A stretch of DNA of 64,000 nucleotides from Candidatus Omnitrophota bacterium (GCA_016197155.1 JACPWF010000024.1:17432-81431), one strand, 5' to 3'. Positions 1 to 8,102 are shown, counted from the first letter of the stretch. Numbers and translations are program-made. The notes: a model not told the origin generated them from the letters alone.

Positions 1-295
1 GAATGTCAATTTTAATGGAAAAGTGGAAATGGTTTTTTGATTTTTTTCTGACTTCTGATTTCTGACGGCTGATTTCTGTCTTTTTCCCCGTCAAAGCAGA
101 CACTTCCCGCGCCAAGCCCAAAATGCTGAGACAGTCAGGTCGATTCGTCGTCACCTCGATCTCGAGAACGGCGTCCCGGCCTTTTCTCTCAATCCGCTCG
201 ACCGCCGTGCCGGACATCGTGAGAAGTTCGGCCAGTTTTTCCGGCGACACGCTCACGTCGATGTAATCTTTCAGCCAGGAAAGGGGAAGTTTCAT
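1..295 (-). CDS. pheT: phenylalanine--tRNA ligase beta subunit, N-terminal fragment running off the window edge
   Basis: Minus-strand ATG at 295-293 gives MKLPLSWLKDYIDVSVSPEKLAELL...NRPDCLSILGLAREV, a typical PheT N-terminus. It lies directly downstream of the pheS stop at 297-299. Confidence 0.8.
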   Translation of the reverse strand, partial: MKLPLSWLKDYIDVSVSPEKLAELLTMSGTAVERIERKGRDAVLEIEVTTNRPDCLSILGLAREVSALTGKKTEISRQKSEVRKKSKNHFHFSIKIDI

Positions 296-296
296 T

Positions 297-1271
297 TTAA
301 AATTGTTTCAAAAACCGGATGTCGTTTTCAAAAAATAAACGGATGTCCTCGACGCCGTATTTCAGCATCGCGATCCGTTCCACCCCCATGCCGAACGCAA
401 AACCGGTGTATTTTTCGGGGTCGATCTTGACGCCGCGCAAAACATTCGGGTGCACCATGCCCGCCCCTAAAATCTCAAGCCAGCCGCGTTTTTCAGAATA
501 AATATCGATTTCCGCGCTCGGCTCCGTGAAAGGGAAAAAATGCGGCCGGAAACGCAGTTTGGTTTTCGCTCCAAAAAATTCCTTCGCAAACGCCAAGAGA
601 ACCCCTTTTAAATCCGAAAAACGCACGCCCTCATCGACCATCAGGCCTTCAATTTGATGAAACATGAAAGAATGCGTCGCGTCCGTCGCGTCCGGACGGA
701 AAACTTTTCCCGGGGCGATGATTTTGAGCGGCGGACGCGCTTTTTCCATGACGCGGATCTGAACGGTGGAGGTCTGGCTCCTGAGAAGCTTTCCGTTTTC
801 CAGATAAAAAGTGTCAAAACTGTCGCGGGAGGGATGATGGAGCGGAATATTGAGCGCCTCGAAATTGGTGTGTTCGGTCTCGACCTCCGGGCCGTCCACC
901 ACGGAGAACCCGAGCCGCTCGAAAATCCGCGTGATGTCCAAGATCACCCGCGTCAGCGGATGGACCCGTCCCGGCTCAAAAAAAGTGCCGGGCATCGTCG
1001 TGTCGATGGCCTTGGCCGCGGACACGGCGCCGAGAAAGGAAGCCTCCTTCTCTTTAAAGACGTCTTCCAGGACCCGCTTCACGCGGTTCAGTTCGCGGCC
1101 CGCTTCGGGTTTCTCCGAAGCCGGCACCTCACCCATGCGCGCGGCTAAGGAAGCAAAAAGCCCCTTACGGCCGAGATACTTGATCCTCAGTTCCTGAAGG
1201 ATCCCGGCATCCGCCGCCTGCGAAAGCTCGGCCTTCGCGTCCGTCTCGAGTTTTCTAAGGTCTTCTACCAT
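297..1271 (-). CDS. pheS: phenylalanine--tRNA ligase alpha subunit
   Basis: 324-aa ORF. Class II aaRS motifs (FRPHFFPFTEPS, GAGMVHPNVL, GFAFGMGVERIAML). Operon context thrS-infC-rpmI-rplT-pheS-pheT. Confidence 0.95.
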   Translation of the reverse strand: MVEDLRKLETDAKAELSQAADAGILQELRIKYLGRKGLFASLAARMGEVPASEKPEAGRELNRVKRVLEDVFKEKEASFLGAVSAAKAIDTTMPGTFFEPGRVHPLTRVILDITRIFERLGFSVVDGPEVETEHTNFEALNIPLHHPSRDSFDTFYLENGKLLRSQTSTVQIRVMEKARPPLKIIAPGKVFRPDATDATHSFMFHQIEGLMVDEGVRFSDLKGVLLAFAKEFFGAKTKLRFRPHFFPFTEPSAEIDIYSEKRGWLEILGAGMVHPNVLRGVKIDPEKYTGFAFGMGVERIAMLKYGVEDIRLFFENDIRFLKQF

Positions 1272-1618
1272 TAACCTTTCGCGATCTGAACCAGATCCGA
1301 AAAAATCTTCTTATCGTGGTGGGCGAGATCCGCGAGAATCTTGCGGTCAAGCTCGATCTTCGCCTTTTTCAAACCGCCGATGAAACGGCTGTAGGAGAGG
1401 CCGTTGGCCTCCGCGCCCGCGGCGATGCGCGTGATCCAGATTTTCCGGATCACCGACTTCGAATCCCGCCGGTCGCGCGTGGCGAACATGAGCGCGCGCT
1501 GGACGGTCTCGCGCGCGGTCCGGTAAAGCCGGTGCCGTCCGCCGACAAACCCCTTGGCGCGCTTTAAAAACTTGCGTCTCCGCCTCCGTCCGGCGGGTAC
1601 TGTTGCTGCTCTAGGCAT
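1271..1618 (-). CDS. rplT: 50S ribosomal protein L20
   Basis: 115-aa ORF MPRAATVPAGRRRRRKFLKRAKGFVGGRHRLYRTARETVQRAL. Basic protein, classic L20 N-terminus. Confidence 0.95.
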   Translation of the reverse strand: MPRAATVPAGRRRRRKFLKRAKGFVGGRHRLYRTARETVQRALMFATRDRRDSKSVIRKIWITRIAAGAEANGLSYSRFIGGLKKAKIELDRKILADLAHHDKKIFSDLVQIAKG

Positions 1619-1808
1619 AGGGCAAAAGTCTCCTTATCTGATTTTGAAACGCGCCTGTGACGAGATTACTCCCGCGCAAATGCCGCTTGTGTTTCGACGA
1701 TTTGTGCTCCAGGAGATGCCGCTTGCCGGCGCGCATTTTTTTGAATTTTCCGCTTTTGGTGGCGCGGAACCGTTTTTGAACGGATTTATTGGTTTTGAGT
1801 TTAGCCAT
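1611..1808 (-). CDS. rpmI: 50S ribosomal protein L35
   Basis: 65-aa ORF MAKLKTNKSVQKRFRATKSGKFKKMRAGKRHLL. Between infC and rplT. Confidence 0.9.
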   Translation of the reverse strand: MAKLKTNKSVQKRFRATKSGKFKKMRAGKRHLLEHKSSKHKRHLRGSNLVTGAFQNQIRRLLPYA

Positions 1809-1899
1809 TGACTCTCCTTAGATAGATACTAACCTGATCCTTCGACGCGGCGTGCAAAAGCACGCCTTGCTCAGGATGAACTTTTCAAATATGAAAAGT

Positions 1900-2415
1900 T
1901 CACTTAGGCATGATGATCATCGTGATCATCCGGCCTTCCATGTACGGCGCCTTCTCGACTTCCCCGAGGGGGGCGATGTCCTGCGCCAGGCGTTCCAGGA
2001 CCTTCCGGCCGGCGCTGACATAATTCATCTCCCGCCCGCGAAAAACCATCGTGATCTTCGCCTTGTCCCCGTGTTTCAAAAACCGCTCCAGGTTGTGCAG
2101 TTTCACCTGGTAATCGTTTTTTTCAATGAAGGGATGAAACTTGATTTCCTTTAAATGAACGACCTTCTGCTTCTTCCGGGCTTCTTTTTCTTTCTTGGTC
2201 TGGTCATACTTGAACTTGCTGAAATCGATGATCCGGCAGACCGGAGGCGAGGCCTGACCCGCCACTTCCACCAAATCCAGCTCCGCTTCCTTGGACATCC
2301 GCAGAGCCTGCTCAATGCCGACCACCCCCGCCTGATTTCCGTCCTGGTCGATCAGCCTGACTTGAGAAGCGCGAATCGCCTCGTTGATCCGAGTTGTGAT
2401 TTTTGGAATCTTCAA
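1900..2415 (-). CDS. infC: translation initiation factor IF-3
   Basis: 171-aa ORF with IF3 N and C domains (VRLIDQDGNQAGVV..., KEIKFHPFIEKNDYQVKL). The start codon at 2415 reads TTG. IF3 genes typically use an unusual start. Confidence 0.9.
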   Translation of the reverse strand: MKIPKITTRINEAIRASQVRLIDQDGNQAGVVGIEQALRMSKEAELDLVEVAGQASPPVCRIIDFSKFKYDQTKKEKEARKKQKVVHLKEIKFHPFIEKNDYQVKLHNLERFLKHGDKAKITMVFRGREMNYVSAGRKVLERLAQDIAPLGEVEKAPYMEGRMITMIIMPK

Positions 2416-2445
2416 TGCCTCCTTTGTGAGCGATTGTCTCGCCGG

Positions 2446-4185
2446 TTACCGTTTGTGAACGCCCTCAGCCGCCGTTTTCAAAAAATCAGCCAGCGTTTTT
2501 TGTCCCTGGTCCCCCGCCTCGCGGGACCGGATGGACACTTTTTCCGCCTTCACCTCTTTGTCTCCTAAAATGAACATGGCCGGGATCTTTTCGTTCTGCG
2601 CCCTCCGGATCCGCGCCCCGAGCGTGTCGGTGGCCGGCTGAAGCTCGGCGCGCAGTCCGGCGTCTTCTATTTCTTTCTGAATTTTTTTGGCGTACGCCTC
2701 GTGCGCCTCCGCGACGGGAATGAGGCTCACCTGAACGGGCGACAGCCAAAACGGCAGGGCCCCCGCGTAATGCTCGAGGAGTGTCCCCATGAAACGCTCG
2801 ACACTTCCCAGGATCGCGCGGTGAATCATGACCGGCCGGTGCCTTTGCCCGTCGGCCCCCGTGTATTCCAGATCAAAGCGCTCCGGCAGGGCGAAATCGC
2901 ACTGGATCGTGCTGCATTGCCACGATCGCCCGAGCGCGTCTTTAATTTTCACATCGATCTTCGGGCCGTAAAAAGCGCCTTCTCCCTCGCAAATTTTGTA
3001 TTCCACTTTTTTCGTTTTCAAAGCCCCCTCAAGCGCCGCCGTCGCGCGCGCCCAGTCCTCCCCGGTCCCGATCGAATCCTTCGGCCGCGTGCTGATCTCG
3101 ATTTCCCTTTCGTGAAACCCAAACGCGTCGAGCACGTGAAAAATAAAATCGACGACCGACCCGATTTCTTTTTCGAGGGATTCCGGCGTCGAAAAAATGT
3201 GCGCGTCGTCCTGCGTGAAATTCCGCACGCGCAAAAGGCCGTGCAGAACCCCGGATTTTTCATTGCGGCAGACGTTGCCCATTTCAAAAAAACGGAGCGG
3301 CAGGTCGCGGTAACTCCGCACCCTGGTTTTGTAAATGAGCATGTGCCCCGGGCAATTCATGGGCTTGATCGCGTATTCTTTTTCGTCCTCGGTCTTGAAG
3401 ACGAACATGTTTTCTTTGTAATAGGAATAATGGCCCGAGCGCACCCACACGTCGCTTTTCAAAATCTGCGGGCCGATCACAAACTGATACCCGCGCTTCA
3501 GGTGCTCTTCCTTGACGAACTGCTCGATCAAATGCCGGAGAAGGGCGCCTTTCGGATGATAAAAAATGAGCCCCTGCCCGCCCTCTTCCTGGATCGAAAA
3601 GAAATCGAGTTCTTTTCCGATTTTCCGGTGGTCGCGTTTCTTGGCCTCTTCGCGCACCCGCACGTACTCGTCCAATTCCTTTTTCGAGCCAAAGGCCGTT
3701 CCGTAAATTCTCTGCAGAACGGGATTGGTTTCGATGCCCTTCCAGTAAGCGCCCGCGAGGCTCGTCAATTTAAAGGCCTTGATCGCCCCCGTCGAATGTG
3801 CGTGCGGGTACTTGCAGAGGTCCGTGAAATCCCCGTCCACCACGACGGAAAGCGCCTCGCGCCCTCCGAGCGCGTCCACGGTTTCCACCTTAAACGTCTC
3901 GTTTTTTTCCTCAAAAATCCGCCGCGCCTCGGCCGCCGACACCATTTTTTTCTCGAAAATATAATCGGCCTTCACGATTTTTTCCATTTCATTTTCAATG
4001 CGTTTCAAATCCTCTTCGCCGAGCGGCGCCTCCAGCGCGATGTCGTAATAAAACCCCTCCTCGACCGGCGGCCCGAATCCGAGCCTGGCCCGGGGATAAA
4101 GGCGTTTCACCGCCTGCGCCAGCACATGCGCGCAGGAGTGGCGGATCTTGTCAAGATCGGTGTATTGTTCGGCGGTTTTTGTCAT
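2446..4185 (-). CDS. thrS: threonine--tRNA ligase (lacks the N-terminal TGS domain; begins at the editing domain)
   Basis: 579-aa ORF. Editing-domain motif RHSCAHVLAQAV, class II catalytic core (MNCPGHMLIY, FRVRNFTQDDAHIF), C-terminal anticodon-binding domain. Confidence 0.95.
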   Translation of the reverse strand: MTKTAEQYTDLDKIRHSCAHVLAQAVKRLYPRARLGFGPPVEEGFYYDIALEAPLGEEDLKRIENEMEKIVKADYIFEKKMVSAAEARRIFEEKNETFKVETVDALGGREALSVVVDGDFTDLCKYPHAHSTGAIKAFKLTSLAGAYWKGIETNPVLQRIYGTAFGSKKELDEYVRVREEAKKRDHRKIGKELDFFSIQEEGGQGLIFYHPKGALLRHLIEQFVKEEHLKRGYQFVIGPQILKSDVWVRSGHYSYYKENMFVFKTEDEKEYAIKPMNCPGHMLIYKTRVRSYRDLPLRFFEMGNVCRNEKSGVLHGLLRVRNFTQDDAHIFSTPESLEKEIGSVVDFIFHVLDAFGFHEREIEISTRPKDSIGTGEDWARATAALEGALKTKKVEYKICEGEGAFYGPKIDVKIKDALGRSWQCSTIQCDFALPERFDLEYTGADGQRHRPVMIHRAILGSVERFMGTLLEHYAGALPFWLSPVQVSLIPVAEAHEAYAKKIQKEIEDAGLRAELQPATDTLGARIRRAQNEKIPAMFILGDKEVKAEKVSIRSREAGDQGQKTLADFLKTAAEGVHKR

Positions 4186-4198
4186 TTCAATTCTTTCC

Positions 4199-4320
4199 TC
4201 CCCTTACCAAGGGGAGGTGGTCGCCACAGGCGACCAGAGGGGCAGACGCTTTGCCATCATTCGTCAGCCCATTCACCTCCCCGGTCGCCGCGGCGACCAC
4301 CCCTCCTTAAATAAGGAGGG
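4199..4320. repeat. cluster of GC-rich hairpins in the thrS 5' leader
   Basis: Seen directly: ccccttaccaaggggagg, ggtcgccacaggcgacc, ggtcgccgcggcgacc and cctccttaaataaggagg within 120 nt. The ggtcgccNNNggcgacc hairpin type recurs at 4819-4835. Confidence 0.5.
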
Positions 4321-4328
4321 GAAGATTG

Positions 4329-4406
4329 GGCAATACAGGACTCGCCCGCCAGAGGCGGGTCCGCCTTCGGCGGAAACCTTGTGACCTTTTCCATGTCAAG
4401 GAAACG
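4329..4406 (-). pseudogene. partial duplicate of tRNA-Val (anticodon arm, T arm and 3' acceptor strand) with a ~30-nt double-hairpin insertion in the T-loop
   Basis: gggcaatacaggactcg (17/17) and ttgtgaccttttccatgtcaaggaaacg (27/28) match the tRNA-Val at 4508-4580. They are split by cccgccagaggcgggtccgccttcggcggaaacc. No 5' acceptor or D-arm partner follows. Confidence 0.55.
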
Positions 4407-4507
4407 TCCGCCATCAAAGCGCCGGCGGACGCCCGCCAAAGTTCCAGTGGCGGGCGCTCCAACCCACTGCTTGTCATCCTTCAATCACTATACATCATAA
4501 TTTAAAT

Positions 4508-4580
4508 GGGCAATACAGGACTCGAACCTGTGACCTTTTCCATGTCAAGGAAACGCTCTAACCAACTGAGCTAATTGCCC
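4508..4580 (-). tRNA. tRNA-Val (anticodon GAC)
   Basis: Minus strand reads GGGCAAT TA GCTCAGTTGGTTAGAGC G TTTCC TTGACAT GGAAA AGGTC ACAGG TTCGAGT CCTGT ATTGCCC. Canonical cloverleaf. Confidence 0.9.
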
Positions 4581-4603
4581 GAATCGCTCCCAAAATCAAA
4601 TCC

Positions 4604-4689
4604 CGGTGCCGAGGGTGGGAGTTGCACCCACACGACCCGAAGATCAACGGATTTTAAGTCCGTAGCGTCTGCTGTTCCGCCACCTCGGC
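4604..4689 (-). tRNA. tRNA-Leu (anticodon TAA), long variable arm
   Basis: Minus strand reads GCCGAGG TGGCGGAAC... ACGGA CTTAAAA TCCGT TGATCTTCGGGTCGTGT GGGTG CAACTCC CACCC..CCTCGGC A. Acceptor stem is complementary. Confidence 0.8.
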
Positions 4690-4697
4690 TGAAATCG

Positions 4698-4768
4698 AGG
4701 CGCGAACCGGAGTCGCACCGGTGTACGCGGTTTTGCAGACCGCTGCCTCACTGCTCGGCCATCGCGCC
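4698..4768 (-). tRNA. tRNA-Cys (anticodon GCA), discriminator U73
   Basis: Minus strand reads GGCGCGA TG GCCGAGCAGTGAGGC A GCGGT CTGCAAA ACCGC GTAC ACCGG TGCGACT CCGGT TCGCGCC T. Perfect 7-bp acceptor stem and close match to E. coli tRNA-Cys. The T-loop reads TGCGACT (G at position 55), which is unusual. Confidence 0.75.
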
Positions 4769-4804
4769 AAAATCGACTTCCTCTTCCAAATCCTTCTGCG
4801 CTAT

Positions 4805-4865
4805 CTCGTGGTGAGCAAGGTCGCCGTAGGCGACCGCGTCGAACCACTGCTCGGCCATCGCGCCA
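4805..4865 (-). repeat. copy A of the tRNA-associated GC-hairpin element, plus a duplicated 5' 20 nt of tRNA-Cys
   Basis: Minus strand reads GGCGCGATGGCCGAGCAGTG (identical to tRNA-Cys nt 1-20), then GTGGTTCGACGCG-GGTCGCCTACGGCGACC-TTGCTCACCACGAG. The termini match the copies at 21433-21487 and 34553-34604. Confidence 0.6.
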
Positions 4866-4909
4866 ATCCTTCATTCATTTTCGAAAATTCAAAATCGAAG
4901 GCCAGTAAT

Positions 4910-5551
4910 CTAGCAGAAACGATTTTCCGAGTCAATTTGACCCGTTTTTTCGGTCTGACGGACCAAAAAATCCGCCAAACGCGCCTTCGAAAGAAGGCCG
5001 AGGTCCCGCCTTCTGCCCGCTTGATTCAAGACGATAAAATGAACTTTTTTTTCGCCGAACGGCCTTTCTTTTTTCGTCACTTTCTGCAGCACCAAAAGTT
5101 CCAGCGATTTTGATCTCAATTTTTTAAGGCCGTTCGCCAATAGTCTCCCGGACTCCAGCGCAAACCCCACAAAAATCTGATTTTTCTTCTTTGTTTTCGC
5201 CAAATCCGCCAAAATGTCCGGATTTTTCACGAACCGCACGCCCAAAAGCGTTTCTTTTTTGATCTTGGCCGGCGCAACCTTCGCGGGCCTCACGTCGCAC
5301 ACCGCCGCCGCCATGACAAGCACCTCGTGGCGCGCGATGAGCCTCTTCAGTTTTTCCCCGAGTTCGCGCGCGGTCTCCGCGTCCGCGGGACATTCGAGGG
5401 CCGTCACCGCGTGCCCCCTTTTTTTGGCCGCCGCCACCAGGGCCCGCCCCATTTCACCCGTCGAATAATTGGACAAAAAGCGCACCGGGTCCAAGGGCTC
5501 CCGCGTCGGGCCAAAGGCGATGAGAAAGCGGAGCTTGCGACGGGAAAGCAT
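4910..5551 (-). CDS. coaB: phosphopantothenate--cysteine ligase (CoaB domain, encoded separately)
   Basis: 213 aa. DPVRFLSNYSTGEMG motif, typical of the CoaB half of CoaBC. Confidence 0.85.
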   Translation of the reverse strand: MLSRRKLRFLIAFGPTREPLDPVRFLSNYSTGEMGRALVAAAKKRGHAVTALECPADAETARELGEKLKRLIARHEVLVMAAAVCDVRPAKVAPAKIKKETLLGVRFVKNPDILADLAKTKKKNQIFVGFALESGRLLANGLKKLRSKSLELLVLQKVTKKERPFGEKKVHFIVLNQAGRRRDLGLLSKARLADFLVRQTEKTGQIDSENRFC

Positions 5552-5562
5552 TCGGGAAAAAT

Positions 5563-6117
5563 CTACAAGGCCAAAGCGGCGCGAACGGCCTTGAGGATCG
5601 CCGGATTCTCGGCCAGATGCCCCATGCCTTCGTCCGAACAGACAAGATGTCCGTGAATAGGCGGCACCACTTTCGCGCCATTGGCCTCGAGGCGTTTCAA
5701 ATTTTCCTGCGTAAATTTATGGTTGTACATCTTCTCGTTCATCGCCGGCGCGATGACCAGCGGCGCGGTGCTGGCGAGCGCCGCGCAGGTCAGGACGTCG
5801 TCCGCCAGGCCGTGCGCGAGCTTGGCGATCACGTCCGCGGTGGCCGGCGCGATGAGGATCAGGTCCGATTGTTTGGCCAGTTCAATGTGAACCGGCCTCG
5901 GCCGCCCCGCCAGCGAGAAAAAATCCTCGATCACCTCTTGGCCGGCGAAACTTTGAAGCGAAAGCGGCGTCACAAAGTGACGCGCGTCGCGCGTCATCAC
6001 CGGCGTCACCGAAAAACCCTCTTTTCGTAAAAGGGTGATGAGGTCAAACGCCAGATACGCCGCGATGGACGCGCTCACCCCGAGCAAAATGTTTTTCGTC
6101 CCTTTTTCCGGCTTCAT
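5563..6117 (-). CDS. coaC: phosphopantothenoylcysteine decarboxylase (CoaC flavoprotein)
   Basis: The ORF frame extends to 6486, but the conserved protein begins at MKPEKGTKNILLGVSASIAAY (ATG at 6117, overlapping the gmk stop). Flavoprotein motifs APAMNEKMYNH and PATADVIAKLAHGLADD. Confidence 0.8.
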   Translation of the reverse strand: MKPEKGTKNILLGVSASIAAYLAFDLITLLRKEGFSVTPVMTRDARHFVTPLSLQSFAGQEVIEDFFSLAGRPRPVHIELAKQSDLILIAPATADVIAKLAHGLADDVLTCAALASTAPLVIAPAMNEKMYNHKFTQENLKRLEANGAKVVPPIHGHLVCSDEGMGHLAENPAILKAVRAALAL

Positions 6118-6704
6118 CCCGAACTCTCCGCGCGGATGATCGCCCTCAGGATCTCGCGCGCCTTGTGAATGTCGCGGTTCACGATCCGGTAGTCGCACAG
6201 GTACCGGCCGTTCGTCATCGCGTTCAGCTCGCGCAGTTCGCGCGTGGCCACGCGCAGGCGTTTTTGAATTTCTTTCTTCGATTCGGTGCCGCGCTTTTCG
6301 AGGCGTTTTTTGAGTTCCGTCTTCGACGGCGGCGACAAAAACACAAAAACCGCGTTCGGCCGCACCCGCTTCACCGTTTTGGCGCCCTGCACGTCGATCA
6401 AAAGCAGGACATTCCGCCGCCGCTTCAAGTGCTCTTCGACTTCCTTCCGCGGCGTGCCGTAGGAATGGCCGAACACGTTCGCCCATTCGAGGAAACCGTT
6501 TCTCCGCCGGATCGCGGAAAATTCCTGCTTGGTGACGAAATAATAATCGGCGCCGTTCTGTTCGCTCGCGCGCGGCGGGCGCGTCGTGTAGGAAATGGAG
6601 GGCACGAGGTTCTTGTCGTCCTTCAAAAGCTCGCGCGCCAGCGTCGTTTTTCCGGTCCCGGACGACGCCGAAATGACAAACAGCCTGCCCTTACTCAAGC
6701 CCAT
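6114..6704 (-). CDS. gmk: guanylate kinase
   Basis: 196 aa. P-loop GRLFVISASSGTGKTTLARELL and YTTRPPRASEQNGADYYFV. Confidence 0.95.
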   Translation of the reverse strand: MGLSKGRLFVISASSGTGKTTLARELLKDDKNLVPSISYTTRPPRASEQNGADYYFVTKQEFSAIRRRNGFLEWANVFGHSYGTPRKEVEEHLKRRRNVLLLIDVQGAKTVKRVRPNAVFVFLSPPSKTELKKRLEKRGTESKKEIQKRLRVATRELRELNAMTNGRYLCDYRIVNRDIHKAREILRAIIRAESSG

Positions 6705-7195
6705 ATTTTCTTTTTGTGGGAAACAGTCGTTTGTTTGGTGGGATACAACTGATCGAAGACGATCTCCTCCGGCTCAAACCACAGCTTGATCTCGCGCTCG
6801 GCGTCCCCGGTGTTGCCGGAGGCGTGAATCACGTTTTCATAAACGCCCTTGGTCGTGATGCGGCCGAACGAGCCGCGGATCGTGCCGGGCTCGGCCTCTT
6901 CGGGATTGGTGGCGCCGCAGATTTTACGGATTTTTTTGATCGCGTCCTCGCCGTAATAAACAATCGCCATCACGCGCTTGGTGTGATAATCGCCCATGAG
7001 ATATTTCACGATCTCCTCAAAAAAAGGCTTGTCCTTCATGTGGATGTAGTGCTCCTCGGCGAGCGCGCGCGGAACCGCCTTGATCTTCGCGCCGATGAGG
7101 ACGAGTCTGGTCTCGGACAGGCGCGTCAACACATTGCCCGTCAGCGACTTCTGAAGGCCGTCGGGCTTAATGATAACGAGTGTGGGTTCTTCCAT
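6695..7195 (-). CDS. ndk: nucleoside diphosphate kinase
   Basis: 166 aa. EEPTLVIIKPDG, NVIHASGNTGDAEREIKLWF (catalytic His region). Confidence 0.9.
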   Translation of the reverse strand: MEEPTLVIIKPDGLQKSLTGNVLTRLSETRLVLIGAKIKAVPRALAEEHYIHMKDKPFFEEIVKYLMGDYHTKRVMAIVYYGEDAIKKIRKICGATNPEEAEPGTIRGSFGRITTKGVYENVIHASGNTGDAEREIKLWFEPEEIVFDQLYPTKQTTVSHKKKIWA

Positions 7196-7238
7196 TGGCT
7201 GTTTAGTCTAAAAAATATTCGTAAACCTGTCAACGCAA

Positions 7239-8081
7239 TTAAGCCGCTCCGAGGATTCTCAAAAGCCGCCCCAAATCCTCCGCCGAATAATATTCAATGT
7301 CGATCCGTCCCCTCTTCTTTCCCGCGTGGATCCGCACCCGCGTGCCCAGGTGATGCTGGAGCCTCTCTTCCACATTTCTCAGATGAGGATCGGTCTGGGC
7401 CCATAGCTTGGCCGAACGTTTTCTCGCGCGGTGCGCGGTCAGGACCTCGGTCTGCCTCACCGAAAGGCCTTTTTTCACGATCCGCTGACAAAAACTCACC
7501 TGCGTTTTTTCATCCGACAGGGACAGGAGCGCCCGCGCGTGTCCGAACGTGATCAGATTTTGAGACAGGTAATCCTGCACCTTGTCCGGTAAGTTCAGAA
7601 GCCGCAATAGGTTAGAAACCGAAGACTTGTCCTTTCCCACCCGGCTGGCAATGGAATCCTGAGTGAGTCCAAATTCCTGGGCCAGACGTTGATAGGCGCG
7701 CGCCTCCTCAATGGAGTTCAATTCTTCGCGCTGGATATTTTCAATGATCGACATCTCCAAAAGCTCCGAATCCGCCACGCGCCGGATGATCGCCGGAATT
7801 TCGTCGAAGCCCAGGTGTTTCACCGCGCGCAGTCGCCTCTCACCGGCAATCAATTCATAACTATCTGCCCCTTTTGACCTTACAAGTATCGGTTGGATCA
7901 CTCCCTTTTCTTTAATGGACCGCGAAAGCCCCTCGATTTTTTCTTTCGAAAAATTCATCCGCGGCTGGAGAGGGCTTGGATGCACTTGAGAGACTTTCAG
8001 CATCTGCACTCTTTCCTTAAATCCCTGAGTGTCCTGCGGGATCAAAACGTCCAAGCCGCGTCCCAGAACTTTTCTTTCCAT
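7239..8081 (-). CDS. parB: chromosome partitioning protein ParB
   Basis: 280 aa. ParB box GVIQPILVR, ELIAGERRLRAVKHLG, HTH region. Confidence 0.95.
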   Translation of the reverse strand: MERKVLGRGLDVLIPQDTQGFKERVQMLKVSQVHPSPLQPRMNFSKEKIEGLSRSIKEKGVIQPILVRSKGADSYELIAGERRLRAVKHLGFDEIPAIIRRVADSELLEMSIIENIQREELNSIEEARAYQRLAQEFGLTQDSIASRVGKDKSSVSNLLRLLNLPDKVQDYLSQNLITFGHARALLSLSDEKTQVSFCQRIVKKGLSVRQTEVLTAHRARKRSAKLWAQTDPHLRNVEERLQHHLGTRVRIHAGKKRGRIDIEYYSAEDLGRLLRILGAA

Positions 8082-8102
8082 TTTATCTCCTATTTTAGCC
8101 CG

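Noticed and set aside
2701-4314. Long antisense ORFs opposite thrS (537 aa), gyrB (549 aa, 16401-18050), gyrA (478 aa, 19142-20578), rny (445 aa, 53585-54922), dxs (468 aa, 58038-59444), parA (283 aa) and thrC (300 aa)
   Set aside because: All lie antisense to strongly conserved genes in a GC-rich genome and have Arg/Gly/Pro/Ala-rich composition with no recognisable domains. They are open-frame artefacts.
4186-4330. T-box leader upstream of thrS (AGGGGUGGUCGCCGCGG resembles the T-box AGGGUGGNACCGCG)
   Set aside because: No specifier-loop or stem I architecture could be identified. The similarity lies inside one of the recurrent GGTCGCC...GGCGACC hairpin repeats.
4644-5113. ORFs of 76 aa (minus) and 130 aa (plus) over the tRNA array
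   Set aside because: They overlap three well-formed tRNA genes and the repeat element.
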